A stretch of DNA of 64,000 bases from an uncultured Gemmatimonadaceae bacterium (GTDB lineage Bacteria > Gemmatimonadota > Gemmatimonadetes > Gemmatimonadales > Gemmatimonadaceae). This document shows, in pieces, positions 37,701-49,522 of this stretch (position 1 is its first letter; each line of letters begins with the position of its first letter). Below the pieces are notes generated by a model. That model ran no database searches. It was not told the origin of the DNA and saw only the letters and a list, made by a program, of their open reading frames with translations. The stretch is from positions 864,001 through 928,000 of the forward strand of contig CAWHHI010000016.1 of assembly GCA_963829055.1 (NCBI GenBank), written 5' to 3'. The position numbers were made by a program, and so were the translations under genes.

Positions 37701-39046
37701 CTATGAAGTGATGGACGTGTCTCGAGGCGCGCCCGCGATCGTGCCGCGGCACTCGCCGAACCCAATGCGCGCGAAGCCATCTCGCTCGCAGAACCCGCGG
37801 AAGACGACTTCGTCGCCGTCTTCGAGAAACCGGCGCTGCTCACCGGTCGGAAGCATGACGGGCTCCGTGCCTCGCCACGCCAGTTCCAGCAGACAACCGC
37901 GAGAGTCCTTCGTCGGCACCGGACACCGTCCCACTGGCGATGAGATCGCCCGGCGGTCAGGTTACATCCGTTGCTCGCGTGGTGCGTGACGAGCTGCGCG
38001 AGCGTCCAGTACATCTCCGTGAACCGGACGCGACTGAGGCGCACTGCGCTCACGCTCTCACGCCGCATTCGCTCCGAGCGAATCCAGACCTCGAGCTGAA
38101 TGTCGATGCCGCCCCCGGCGTCGTTCGACGTGTGACGCCAGATACGGCAGCGGCGCAGGATCACCAGCAGCTCGCGCGAAGGCCGGTGCGCGAAACGGCG
38201 CCAATGCGTCGATCGTCACGACCCACGGCGATACGGTGGTCGCGAAGTTCTTCGCCAGGAACGGTCCGAGCGGCTGATACTCCCAGCTCTGAAGGTCGCG
38301 CGCCGACCAGTCGTTCACGAGGCAGAGCCCGAACATGCGCTCTTCCGCCTCCTCGAGCGGGATGGTGTGGCCGAGTTGGTTTCCGCTTCCGATGAACGCG
38401 CCGACTTCGAGCTCGTAGTCGAACCGCCGACTCGGTCCGAACGTCGGCTCGGCATCCGCGTCGCCTTTCGATTGCCCGCGCGGCCGCACTATCCGCGAAC
38501 CGCTCGCACGATGGACGACGCACGGCCGTGGTAGCCGATCGGGACGTACTTGTAGTTAGGCAGCAGCGGATTGTCGGGTCGGAACATGCTGCCGACGTTC
38601 GTGGCGTGGTGAATCGACGCGTAGAAGTCGGTGTAGTCGCCGATGGCCGCCGGGACGAGCATCTCGACATTGGCCGCGTTCACGAGGAAGTCGGCCGCCG
38701 CATCGCGCGCGCGCGCCGCCCTGATCCGTGTCCGCCCGCAGCAGATCGACGAGCCCGCCACGGAGGGCGCGTCGCGCGGCAGCACCAGCCGCCATCAACG
38801 GAGTTGAGCGTTCCGCCGGCACACAACCGGGCAGCGTCGCGTGCTGCACCCGTCACGAGACCGAGCCGTACCAACGCGTCGACGACGAGCACCTGGTCGC
38901 CGATGGCGACGCCGACTCGCGGCGTCTCGCTACCGCCACCGCGGAACACGCCTAACGGGAGATTCTGAATCGGGAAGTCTGTCGCCGCGATCGTTCGCTG
39001 AGTCCACCCAGGAGCGCAGGTCGGCGCGATGTGTTTCGTCGACCAC
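37701..39046 (-). CDS. fahA: Fumarylacetoacetase (frameshifted)
   Basis: [82 protein letters not shown]. Confidence 0.95.
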
Positions 39047-39047
39047 G

Positions 39048-40000
39048 TCAGAGCATTCCGAGTGCGGTGAGGTCGTCGAGCGGCTCACGGAACGAGCAGG
39101 ACCCGAAGGACACCATTGCGAGCTGTCGCGCCTCGGCAAGCTGCTCGTTCGTGAACCGATGCTGGCGCCACGACACGCCGTCGTCGTGACAGTCGCACGG
39201 CGTCTGGCGATCGCTCCTCGATGAGTTCGCGCGCCGTCGCGGGATCGCCACCGCGTTGAAGAAGAACCGACGCCAGAAACAGGTTCAGGAAACCGTACAT
39301 CGTTCCGCGAGCGCTGTCGGTCGCGTACGTGAGCGCGTAATCACCACGCAGTGGGTGGTGAAGTCCGGCAGTCGCCTTGAATGCCACTCGCTTCGCTCGA
39401 CGCACGCGACGAGAAATCGCACGAGATCGTCGCTCGACGGAAACGCATCCGGAGTCGTTCCGCCTGTTCGTACCTTGGCGATGCACGGCTGCGCCGCAAC
39501 GGCGCGGACGAGCGGTCGAGGGATCGCCGGCGATGGGAATCTCCACGAAGCATTGCATCGAGCCGCCGGACAGCCTGCGCCGCTGCCGCAACGGCGTCAG
39601 GCGTGGACGCCCGGACTTCGATCGAATCAACGCGACCCAGCCACGCCTCGCCGGATTCCTCCTGCGCCGCATTGAACGCGTGCACGAGCGCCATGTCCTG
39701 GCGCGACACTGGCGCCCAGGAGCGCGCTCAGGCGCCAGGGACGCACCGCGATGCCTAACGAGCGCGCGCTGCGGCGGCGTCCGCGGCCGCCGCGTCGGCC
39801 AACTCGGCGAGCCGCGCCGCCGGAACCACGAAGCGACCGAGGGCCCAGCTGTCCGCCGAGTCGAGGTACGCGGCGTACTCCGCGACGGCGCCGGGCATGT
39901 CGAGTTGCGCCGGCGGAAACAGCCCCGCGTAGTCGATGGCGTCCGCGAGAAGCACCCGCACCGCGGGCCCGTCTCGCACGACGCGGTGCGCCGTCGTCAC
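39048..40000 (-). CDS. Conserved hypothetical protein upstream of fahA (frameshifted)
   Basis: [60 protein letters not shown]. Confidence 0.8.
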
Positions 40001-40007
40001 GTGTGGA

Positions 40008-40571
40008 TCACTTCTTGGCGCGCGGCGTCTTTTTCGGCGCCAGGATCGTCCCGCGACACGTCGGCGCGCCGCACTTGCAGACGTAGAGCTTCTCCCACTC
40101 TTCGTCCTCGGTGCCGTCGCGCTCGTACGCGTAGTCGTACGTCAGCTCGTCGCCTTCGGCGATGTCGCGGATAGCCTCGATGTAGATGCGCTGCTTGTCA
40201 TCGATCGCTTCGCAGTTCGGCGCGCAACTGTGGTTGATGAAACGCGCGTCGTTGCCGCCGACGGCGGCATCGATCACCATCGACCGGCCGACGCTGAACA
40301 GGAAGGTGTGATGACGCCCCATGCCGGAATCGTCATAACGCTTGTCGGCTTCCTTATGGGAGATGCGTTCTCCGACGTACTCGATGATGCGCGTGCCTTT
40401 CTTGATCGGGCGAGTGGCGAAGGCGCCACGTCCCTGGATCTTCGAGCGGCGCAGCTCGAAATACTTGTTGGGCTTCGGCGCGGCGGATTTGGCGGCCGCA
40501 GGCTTCGCCTTGGACTTGGCGGCCGACGTGGTCCGCTTTCGCTTCGTGGTTGCAGGAGTGCTGGAGGCCAT
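40008..40571 (-). CDS. SET-domain protein-lysine methyltransferase with post-SET
   Basis: SKIQGRGAFA, EYVGERI, ARFINHSCAPNC, ELTYDY, CKCGAPTCRG. Confidence 0.93.
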   Translation of the reverse strand: MASSTPATTKRKRTTSAAKSKAKPAAAKSAAPKPNKYFELRRSKIQGRGAFATRPIKKGTRIIEYVGERISHKEADKRYDDSGMGRHHTFLFSVGRSMVIDAAVGGNDARFINHSCAPNCEAIDDKQRIYIEAIRDIAEGDELTYDYAYERDGTEDEEWEKLYVCKCGAPTCRGTILAPKKTPRAKK

Positions 40572-40681
40572 TTCGCTATGAAGGTGAAGTCTCGACGACG
40601 CGCGCAAAATGCCCAACCCCGTGCGCCGATGCTAGCGGTCGCGTGTGGATGTGTAGCGATTGCCGCCCGCAGCGCGATCGC

Positions 40682-40861
40682 TCAGCGATCGCGTGTCGCG
40701 CGACCGCGATCCTGATCGGGCTCCTGCGGCGCTGCTCTCGTGGCGCCACTGCGGTCGCGGCGCGTTGTTTCCGAATCGGCATGTTCGTCGGTGCCGCGTG
40801 GAATGTCGCGACCGTCAGCCGGCTCCGCGGGTTCATCGCGTTTGGTGTCTCGCTCGCTCAC
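40682..40861 (-). CDS. Putative small charged protein (59 aa)
   Basis: GAGGAG 8 nt before GTG; MSERDTKRDEPAEPADGRDIPRGTDEHADSETTRRDRSG...RDR*. Confidence 0.45.
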   Translation of the reverse strand: MSERDTKRDEPAEPADGRDIPRGTDEHADSETTRRDRSGATRAAPQEPDQDRGRATRDR

Positions 40862-41057
40862 GGGTACTGCTCCTCGAGGTAGGAGCTTCTCCGGCGGGCA
40901 GACGGTATGCCACGGTCATGCATAGCCAACTGGCGCGGGCTGCGACATCTTCCTGACCAACTCGCCAGGCCCGGGATTAGCGCGACGCGCTTCGGAACAT
41001 TCGCTGCACTTCCGGTCTCTAACGATTCGTAGGACACAAACCATTCCGGAGGAGTCG

Positions 41058-41408
41058 ATGTTCACACGGCGCCATTTCATCGTCGTGACACTCGGTCTCA
41101 CGCTCGCCGCGTGCGGCGGGTCGAAAAAGGGGTCAGCGCCGGTGCCGCAGCCCCGGACGAGCATCCGCATCGAGAATCAAGGGTTCTCCGACATGACGAT
41201 ATACGCGATTCGAAGCGGCCAGCGCGTGCGCCTCGGCAACGCACCGGGGAACTCCACCACGACTTTCACGATCCCGTCGAATCTCATTTTCGGCGCGACG
41301 CCGTTGCGCTTCCTCGCCGATCCCATCGGCAGCAACCGCACGCCAGTGAGCGACGAGATCACGGTACAGCCGGGCGATCAGGTGCGCCTGGTGCTCCCAC
41401 CACGGTAA
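41058..41408 (+). CDS. Hypothetical lipoprotein
   Basis: GGAGGAG RBS; lipobox LAAC; intact 116-aa ORF. Confidence 0.8.
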   Translation: MFTRRHFIVVTLGLTLAACGGSKKGSAPVPQPRTSIRIENQGFSDMTIYAIRSGQRVRLGNAPGNSTTTFTIPSNLIFGATPLRFLADPIGSNRTPVSDEITVQPGDQVRLVLPPR

Positions 41409-41437
41409 TCGCGGGCGATCACGTACAATCGAAACGC

Positions 41438-41483
41438 GATGCACGAGGGGCCCGGTGATTTTTCACCGGGCCCCTCGTGCATC
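41438..41483. terminator. Perfect hairpin (21-bp arms) between convergent genes
   Basis: GATGCACGAGGGGCCCGGTGA-TTTT-TCACCGGGCCCCTCGTGCATC. Confidence 0.75.
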
Positions 41484-41508
41484 GGCCGCAGGACCGTCCG
41501 TGTTCGTA

Positions 41509-42185
41509 TCAGCGCGGGAACGTCGGGCGCCGCGGATACCGGCCGCCGTTCGGGACGCCACGCCGATCGGAACGCGCGAATCGGGGATCACCACTGTCCC
41601 GCCTCGCCCACGTCCCTCGGTACGCGGGTCGCAGTGATCGATACCGCCCCCGCCGCCGCGGATGACCGCGACACCGATGATCGTCCCGATCGCCTCGCCA
41701 ATGCCGCCCAGACCACCGCCACGCGAGCCACCGCCGACGCCGCCACTACCTACGTCAGTGGACGCCGGCGCGCTGCCGACCGGGGTCGGACGCGGGGTCA
41801 CGGCCACGTTGGTTGGCGTGTCGATCGTCGGAGCTGGAGCCTCGGTAGACGGCGTCGGCTCGGCGACGTCGACCTTGTTCTCAGGCGCCGGATCCGGAGC
41901 CTTGGCGACTTCCTGCTGCGTCGCAGCCGTGTGGTGCACGACCGGACGACGCACGTTGCGACGGCGAACCGGTGCGCTCGTTGCCGGCGATTCTATCGCC
42001 GACACGAATCGCGCCGGCTGATATTCGCGTGACGTCGATGCGAGCTCGACACTGGATGCCGTTGCCGCCGCCAGATCGCGCTGGAGATCAGCGCTGAGCG
42101 CCGTCTGCTCGTTGGAGTTCCCACGCCCGCATGCAACGGCCAATGCGGCGACGGGTAGCACCGAGAGTTTCACGAAGTTTCTCAC
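41509..42185 (-). CDS. Hypothetical Pro/Gly-rich lipoprotein
   Basis: GAGGAGG RBS; MRNFVKLSVLPVAALAVACG; GVAVIRGGGGGIDHCDPR. Confidence 0.7.
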
Positions 42186-42469
42186 GTAACCTCCTCGCAT
42201 CGTTCCGACCACTGACCCGCGGTCATCCCAACGACACTGCTGTACAAAAAGGTATAGTGTGAATGCACACCATGCACCATCAATTGATCAACTCATCGCG
42301 CCTCTAACGCGCGGCGGCGTCCACTCACGCGGACAAGCCGGTGTCCGAATTCCCGGACGCGCCACCCGCTGGAACCGCGTTGGAACGCGTTGGCTCGATG
42401 GGCGTACACTTGCTGGTTGCCGCGTTGATTCGACCTCATCCTGCCGCTCCCCTCGCCTCTTCGCCTCCC

Positions 42470-43036
42470 ATGCGCCGGCCACATCGCCGTCTGGCCCTCC
42501 TCGCCGTCACCGCCGCGGTCTCCGCGTTCGCGACGTTTGCCTGCCAACCAACGTCGGCCGCCACGCTCACGCCGGCGCAGCGCAAAGCCATCGGCGACTC
42601 ACTCACGGCGATGATCCGTTCCGCCTACGACCTCAAGTCGAAGGATGTCGTCGGGCGGTTCATGAGTCTATACCCCGATAGCGGCCGCGTGATCTCCGCC
42701 AGCGGCGGTCGCGTCACGACGACGCACGCCGCAGTGGAATCGGGGATCAAGGCGTTCTGGGAAAATGTCGGGCGGAACATGCAGGATCCGACGTGGATCT
42801 GGGGCACCCCCGAAGTCGATGTGCTGTCTCCGGACGCGGCTGCCGTGACCATGACCTACCGGATACCCCACCGCACTCCCGCCGGAGACCCGCACACCGT
42901 GGCCGGAGCGTGGACGGCGGTGTTCGCCCGGCGTGCCGGGAAATGGGTCATCGTGCAGGAACACCTCTCGGAGATGCCGGCGGAGTTGCTCGCCGCCGAC
43001 ACCAGTGACGCGCCGCCGGCGCACGCGCACCACTAG
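42470..43036 (+). CDS. NTF2/SnoaL-like lipoprotein
   Basis: Lipobox TFAC; EVDVLSPDAA; GAWTAVFARRAGKWVIVQEHLS. Confidence 0.8.
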   Translation: MRRPHRRLALLAVTAAVSAFATFACQPTSAATLTPAQRKAIGDSLTAMIRSAYDLKSKDVVGRFMSLYPDSGRVISASGGRVTTTHAAVESGIKAFWENVGRNMQDPTWIWGTPEVDVLSPDAAAVTMTYRIPHRTPAGDPHTVAGAWTAVFARRAGKWVIVQEHLSEMPAELLAADTSDAPPAHAHH

Positions 43037-43129
43037 TGAGCAGATGTTGAGAGCAGGCGATCTGGCTACAGAGCCGCCGCCTGCTCTCGACAGCCTAACG
43101 CGCAGTCCACTCGCGGGCGCAGTCCGGAC

Positions 43130-43691
43130 CTAACGCGACTGCATCGCAGGGCAGCTCGCGTCCTCGACATTCGGCGCTCCATAACGCGATCTGATCAGAC
43201 GCGGTGGACCCGCATCACCGAGGATCACCACGAAGACCTGATCGTACTCGCTGTCGCAGAGATCGCGCGGCTGCGGCGCGCCCAGCGCGCCGACGATCGC
43301 CGGAATCGTGTTGCTGTGACCGACGACGAGCACTGTGCCGCCAGCGTGCTTCATCACCTGGTCGGCTACCGCCTTCGCGTGCTGCGCCGCTGGACCAGCC
43401 GCCACGACGTCCGGCGTGATGTGCAATGCGATGGCGGTCGGTTCCGCGGTCTTCCGCGTGCGCTCGAACTGCGTCGTGATGATTGCGCTCACGCCTGCAT
43501 CCCGCGCGACGCCGACGAGCGCTTTCGCGCGCTCCGACCCGCCTTCCGTAAGCGGCGGGTCCTGGGCGGGCTGCGAGCCCTTCTCGGCATGACGCACGAG
43601 AATCACGACCGTCGGAGGCGCTACCAGCGACGTCGGCCGCGGAAGCAGGTCCGGCGAGGAAGGCGGCGAGCGTGAGAGCGAGTACGCGCAT
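43130..43691 (-). CDS. Histidine phosphatase family (SixA/PGM-like), secreted
   Basis: ILVRHAEK, RTRKT, LVVGHSNTIP. Confidence 0.88.
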
Positions 43692-43758
43692 TGGAGAAAG
43701 AGGTGTGAGGGCGCGGAAATCCGTGGTGGCGATCAGCGGTTGGTCCTTCGTTGGCGCT

Positions 43759-44121
43759 CTACCCCGCCGAGCGGGGCTTGGTCGCGGTCCAGATCAGGGG
43801 ATCATCGGTCTCGATTTCGAGCGTGAGCGCGGACGCGCCACGGGCTACCTCTGAGTCGCGCCGGATGTGAAGGTCGCGAACCGCTACCGAACTGCCTGAC
43901 GAGTCTTGAAGCTCCAGCCGCAACGCGTCGCGCGCCTTTCGGTACCGGGCCAGTGCATCCGGATCACCAGCCGCCTGGTCGAACAACATGAAGACCGGCT
44001 CCGCGAGCTCGTAGCCCAATCCTGGACGGAATGCGCCATGGGCGATGCTCCGCGTGGCGTCGCGTGTTTCGAGCTCGGAACGCCCGACGATGACGCCCGA
44101 CATCCGAAGGATGAAGCTCAT
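43759..44121 (-). CDS. Hypothetical protein
   Basis: MSFILRMSGVIVGRSELE...GAFRPGLGYELAEPVF; protein-like composition, co-oriented with neighbours. Confidence 0.6.
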   Translation of the reverse strand: MSFILRMSGVIVGRSELETRDATRSIAHGAFRPGLGYELAEPVFMLFDQAAGDPDALARYRKARDALRLELQDSSGSSVAVRDLHIRRDSEVARGASALTLEIETDDPLIWTATKPRSAG

Positions 44122-44275
44122 GACGGAATTGGCCCCCCGCGGCTGGCGCGAAGATCGACAGCCGATTGTAGTGCGCGGCCACCTTGGCGGAAAGTGCGTC
44201 GGCGTCACCGGTGCCCTGGCCGCGGCGTTCACCGCCGCCGCTTGCCAGTTCGCCCTCGGGTTGCCAGCTAAGCAC

Positions 44276-47027
44276 TCACTGCGACGCCGACGTCCTCGGC
44301 TCCAGAATCTCACGAAAGGCCGGGAAGTCGCGTAGCGACTCGAAGTCGTGCTCGGCGTGGAGGGAGTGGGTACGAGCGTATCCCTCTCTCAACGCCTGAC
44401 GAATGAGTGCGACGGCGCCTTCCCGGTCTCCTTTCACCGCCGCGATTCGTGCGGCCCACAGCCGCGGGCTACCGAAGGTGTACGGCCGTGGATCCGCAAC
44501 GAGACGCGCAGCAATGCTGTCCGCCTCCGCCGTCCTGCCCAAGTCTCGCCGCCAGTACGCCGAGCGCCCCCGCGTCCTCGGTCGTGCTCGAGTCCTCGGC
44601 GAACAGCGCCGCGTAGAGCACCCGCGCGTCGGCCCAGCGCTCGAGTTCAGCGAGCACGCGCGCCATGCTGCGCCGGTGGGCTCGCCTCGCCTGCTCGTCC
44701 CGCGGCCGCGCTGCGTACCACCGCTCCGCGCGCTGAAACGCGTCGCGCGCGAGCGCGGCGTGGCCATGTGCGCGAAGCTCGCGGCCGCACTCCCACAGGA
44801 AGTCGCCGGGCGTGTAGTCCTCCCACGTCTCGGTTGTCGATGGGAACGACGCCCCGTCCATGGCGAGGTCGAACGCCTCCTTGCCGCGTCCGAGGGCCGC
44901 GGTCGCCTTCACTTCCTCGAGGCGGGTCCAGCCCACGTTAGGCTCGCTGGCCCGGAGCTGCTTCGCCCATTCGAGATCGTGTTGGTAGTCGCCGAGCTGA
45001 TGGTATGAACGGGCAATGAGGTTGAAGACGCGGGGAGCCCACGACTTTCCCCACCCTTCCTTCGTGTTGATGCGCTGGAGCACTTCGATCGCTTCACGCG
45101 GCCGGTTCGTGATCTCCGACGTTAGGCCGGCCGCGTAGAGGGCGTGGGCAGCACCCGGCGCGAGCTCCACCATTCGCCGTGCGCCACGGTAGGACATCTC
45201 CCAGTTGCCACGTACGAATCCGGCGTAGAAATAGTCGAGGTTCGCCTCGTCGTAGGACGCCAGGTTGGCGCGATTGCGATCGAGGATACGAAAGAGCGAA
45301 TCGGCGGTCGCGTAGCGACGAAGATTCGCGGTCGCCATCGCGTCCCAGAGCAACGCCTGCCAGTAGGTGGAGTCGAGCTGCGCGGCGCGGGTGAAATGCC
45401 GCACCGAGTTCTCGTAGTCGGGGCCGAACGTCTCCATTCCCAGCAGGAACTCGCCGTACGCCTCGTACGTCGGCGGCTGGCTCGTGCGCGCCGTCCAGTT
45501 GTTGAGACGCGGATCGAGCAGCACGGCGAGCGCGCCGGTGATACGCTGCCGGAGCGGTTCGAGCGCTGCGGTCGGGCGCGTGATCGGCGCGTTGACGACG
45601 TCCACCGTGTGCCGTACTTCTCCGGACGGCGCACCGGTAATGCGCATGAGAAACCGCAGTTGATCGCCTTCGATGAAGTAGCTGCCCGACACCACCGTCC
45701 CGGCACCGGTGCGTTCCGCGAGGGTGCGCAGGTAGTCGTCGCCGCGCGACGGACCGGCGTCGCGCGCAGTCTCGAGCATCGTCCTCGCGTCGACGACCTG
45801 CACCAGCCCCGTTCTCAGCAGTCCTTGCGTCACCCAATCGGCCACCATTGAACCGACGGCTTCGAGTGCGGGGTTGCCGGTGCGATTCTCCAGCGGCGCG
45901 ACCACGACACGGGACGGAACGACCACCGCGGCGCTCGCCACGCTGCGTCCGCGCGCGAACCAGACGCCGCCGGCGACGGACAGAAAGCCCACGGCGGCAA
46001 GCGTCGCGCTGATCGCGAATCGGCGGCGACGACGCGGCGCGGCAGCCGCCGCGGTTCGCAGCGGTGGCCCGACAGCAGGCGCCGGGGACTCGCCTAACGA
46101 CAGCGGTGCCACGACGGGCGCCAACGCCGACGACGGCGGAACCGCGATGCCCGAAGTACCGGGCGAGTACTCCGAGGCTGGTGCGCGCGGAGCGGCGGTT
46201 GCCCCAACGACCTGCGCTGCTTGCGCTACCTGCGGTGCTTGCGCTACGACATCCGCTGCCGCGACTGCAGGTGCCGTCGGGGCAGGCGCAGGTGGCGGCC
46301 CGACCGGCGCGTGCGCACCGGCACGCAGCTCATCCGCGAACCGCACGACTTGCGCGTCCGCCGGAAGGTCGAGCTGCTCCTGAACGAGCGCCTGATGAAT
46401 CGCGGCGTGGCGAATGGCGCCATTCCGATCGCCCGCGGCGGCGAGCGCCTTCATGAGCCGGATCGCGACACGCGCGTTGATCGGGTCTTTCGCCGCCAGG
46501 CGACGCCACCAGATGACGGCCGTCGCGTGATCGCCACGCGTCTCCGCGGCGAGCGCACACTTCTCGAATGCGGTATCGCCGTCATGCTCGAGCGAGCGCC
46601 GCTCTTCCTCTACCCAGCGCTCGAACTCGCCCGCGCCGGGGAGATGGAAGCCGTCGAGAAACGGTCCACCGTAGAGAGTCGCGGCACGCTCATACGCGCG
46701 CGACTCGAGCGCCTCCTGGAACTCGGCGACATCGCTCGTGAGGACGTCTGCACCAAGCCGGAGGTCGCGCACTCCCACAATCGCATCGTCGGACCCGAGG
46801 TCTCGCCGCAGCATGTACACCGCTTGCGACAGCAGGCGGCGAGCACGCTCCTCGTCGGAATCCGGCCAGAGGTAGCCAATGACCTTTTCACGCGTGATCC
46901 CCCGGTCACCCGACCTCGCCAGCAGCGCAAGGATCGCCAGGCGACGAGGTTGAGACGCGGCGCCGGCCAGTGGCTGCCCGTCGTCGCGCAGCACTGACAG
47001 CTGACCGAGACACTTGATGCGAAGCAA
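44276..47027 (-). CDS. BTAD/SARP-type transcriptional regulator with TM helix and C-terminal TPR region
   Basis: QPRRLAILALLA, ITREKVIGYLWPD, LYGGPFLDGF, FERWVEEER; Pro/Ala linker; TM; VVVAPLENRTG; TPRs. Confidence 0.88.
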
Positions 47028-47039
47028 TCGGGATCCTCG

Positions 47040-47405
47040 TTAGGTGCGCGTGCGCACCACGTTGCGCACATACCACGCGGCAAGCAGCAGGAACGCGAAG
47101 ATCAGCACGGCACCCTGAATCGCCGCGCGCCACATGCCGGGAGCGAGTGCGTCAGCCGGCGCCGCGGCCGGGAGGGCAATGCAGAGTGCGCTGCCCACGA
47201 CGCCACAAACGATGAGCAGCAGAGGTCCCTTCTTCTCGATGCGCCAGACCGAGAGCGTCGCCGCTCCGGCGGCAACGGCAAACACCAGGGCCGCGGTCGC
47301 GACGAGCCACCACCGGTACCGCTCATCGCGCTCGGTGAGCATGCGAACGGCGAGCAGAAAGCCAGCCATCGTGTACACCGTCAGCAACGCCGCGAGTAGC
47401 TGCAT
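47040..47405 (-). CDS. Small integral membrane protein
   Basis: Four hydrophobic segments (MQLLAALLTVYTMAGFLLAV...). Confidence 0.65.
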   Translation of the reverse strand: MQLLAALLTVYTMAGFLLAVRMLTERDERYRWWLVATAALVFAVAAGAATLSVWRIEKKGPLLLIVCGVVGSALCIALPAAAPADALAPGMWRAAIQGAVLIFAFLLLAAWYVRNVVRTRT

Positions 47406-47665
47406 TCCGAACGGCCGGCGGTGTTTCACGTGATGACCGATCCAGAGTACGCTGGGATGAGGCGATCTCGGGTCCGAGGACCGTCGAGGCAATTTGGCGC
47501 GCGGCGTCCGCCCCACAACCGCCCCAAGGTCTGACACGTTGACAACATAGCCGCGGTTTCGCCCCTCGTGGAACCGGAGGTCACGGCGGCCTTGTGAACG
47601 AGCGGCGGCGAGGGCGACGATAGGCGCGCGGAAAAGCGACTCCTGAGCGACCCTTTCCAACTCCC

Positions 47666-48596
47666 ATGAGCCAATCCCATCACGTGACGTTCGCGCGCTT
47701 GTCGCGCGCTGCCCTTCTCACCTGCGCGCTCTGCGGCGTGCTTCCCTCACTGGCGAGCGCGCAGCGTCCGCTCAAGGTCTACATCTCGGTCGACATGGAG
47801 GGCATCGCGGGCGTGGTCACGGGCGATCAGCTCGGCCCGACTGGATTCGAGTACGGTCGCGCGCGCGAGTTCATGACGGCGGAGGCGTTGGCCGCGATCG
47901 CCGGCGCGCGCGATGCGGGCGCGACCGAGATCGTCGTCAGCGATTCGCACGGCAACGGCGAGAGTCTCCTCATCGATCAGTTCCCGGATGACGTGCGCAT
48001 CGTGCGATCGTGGCCGCGTCCGCTCATGATGATGGAGGGAATCGACTCGACGTTCGCGGCAGCGATCTTCGTCGGCTACCACGCGTCGACGACGAGCCCC
48101 GCGGGCGTTCGCGCACACACGATCTCGAGCGCGAACTACGCATCGGTCTCGCTCAACGGCGTCGCGATGCCCGAGGCGGGCATCAACGCCGCCATCGCCG
48201 GACGCTTCGGCGTCCCAGTCGTGTTCATCTCGGGCGACGACGTAGCGGTAGACGAGACGCGCCGCCTCCTGGGCGACGTCGAAGGCGCGGTCGTCAAGCG
48301 CGCGATCAGCTTTCACGCGGCGTCGACGATGACGCCGAAGGCGGCGCAGCAGCTGATCCGGGCGCACGTGAAGACGGCGCTGCGATCGTCGCAGCGCGTT
48401 CAAGCCGTACGTGGTGCGCGCGCCGGTGACGCTCGACCTGGTCTTCAAGAACTATCGTCCGGCGGAGATGCTGTCGTACCTGTCGATCGTGCAGCGGACG
48501 ACGTCGCACGGCATCCGGTTGATCGGGAAGGACATGATCGAGGTATCGAAGTTCCTCGAGTTCATCGGCACGTACGAGCCGGGGCTGGCGCCGTGA
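47666..48596 (+). CDS. M55 family D-aminopeptidase (DppA-type), secreted
   Basis: VYISVDMEGIAG, VSDSHG, FVGYHA, AHT, ISGDD. Confidence 0.93.
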
Positions 48597-48770
48597 TGGC
48601 CGGCGGCCAGCCACCTGACTACGCCAGCGTTCGCGTGCGACCGCTGGCCGGCTCGACCTGTCAGAGTGTTGTTAGGCTGCCGGCTCCAGGCTGACCGCTG
48701 CGCACAGATTTCGCCCCTGCGCCGCGCAACCGCAGGGCGTACTCGTTCACGCCAGCATTGAGAACACGAC

Positions 48771-49507
48771 ATGGACTGGCTGACCGACCCGAACGCGTGG
48801 ATCGGACTGCTCACGCTCACGGTGCTCGAGATCGTCCTCGGCATCGACAACATCATCTTCATCTCGATCCTCGCCGGGAAGCTGCCCGAGGATCAGCGCG
48901 CCGAAGGCTCGGCGTCTCGGACTTGCTCGGCGCGTTCTTCTCGCGGACTGCTCCTGCTGCTGAGCATCGCGTGGGTCGTTCGACTGACGGCGCCGCTGTT
49001 CACCGTCGCTCGGCGTCGACATCTCGGGACGCGGACTCATCCTGATCCTCGGCGGCCTGTTCCTCATCGGAAAGGCGACGCACGAGATTCACGAGCAAGT
49101 TCGAGGGCGACGAACAGACGGGGACGGCGAAAGCGCGCGCAGCGCGATCACTGACCGCCGTCGTCGCGCAGATCATGGTGATCGACATCGTCTTCTCGCT
49201 CGATTCGGTCATCACCGCGGTCGGCATGGTCGATCAGGTGTCGATCATGATCGCGGCCAACGTCATCGCGCTCGGCATCATGCTGGTCGCGTCGGGACCG
49301 ATCAGCGCGTTCGTCGATCGTCACCCGACGGTGAAGATGCTCGCGCTGAGCTTCCTCGTGCTGATCGGCACGAACCTGGTGGCGGAGGGCATCGGCCAGC
49401 ACATCCCGAAGGGCTACACGTACTTCGCGATGGCGTTCTCGGTGCTGGTCGAGATGCTGAACATCAGAGTCCGGAAGGCGGAAGGAGGCCAGAGGAAGGA
49501 GGCCTGA
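48771..49507 (+). CDS. TerC family membrane protein
   Basis: LEIVLGIDNIIFI, DIVFSLDSVITAVG, HPTVKMLALSFL, IPKGYTYFAMAFS. Confidence 0.93.
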
Positions 49508-49522
49508 CGGAGGCCTCGTTCC

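Noticed and set aside
48771..49507. TerC as a tellurite-resistance island
   Set aside because: It is a solitary TerC-family gene with no other ter genes.
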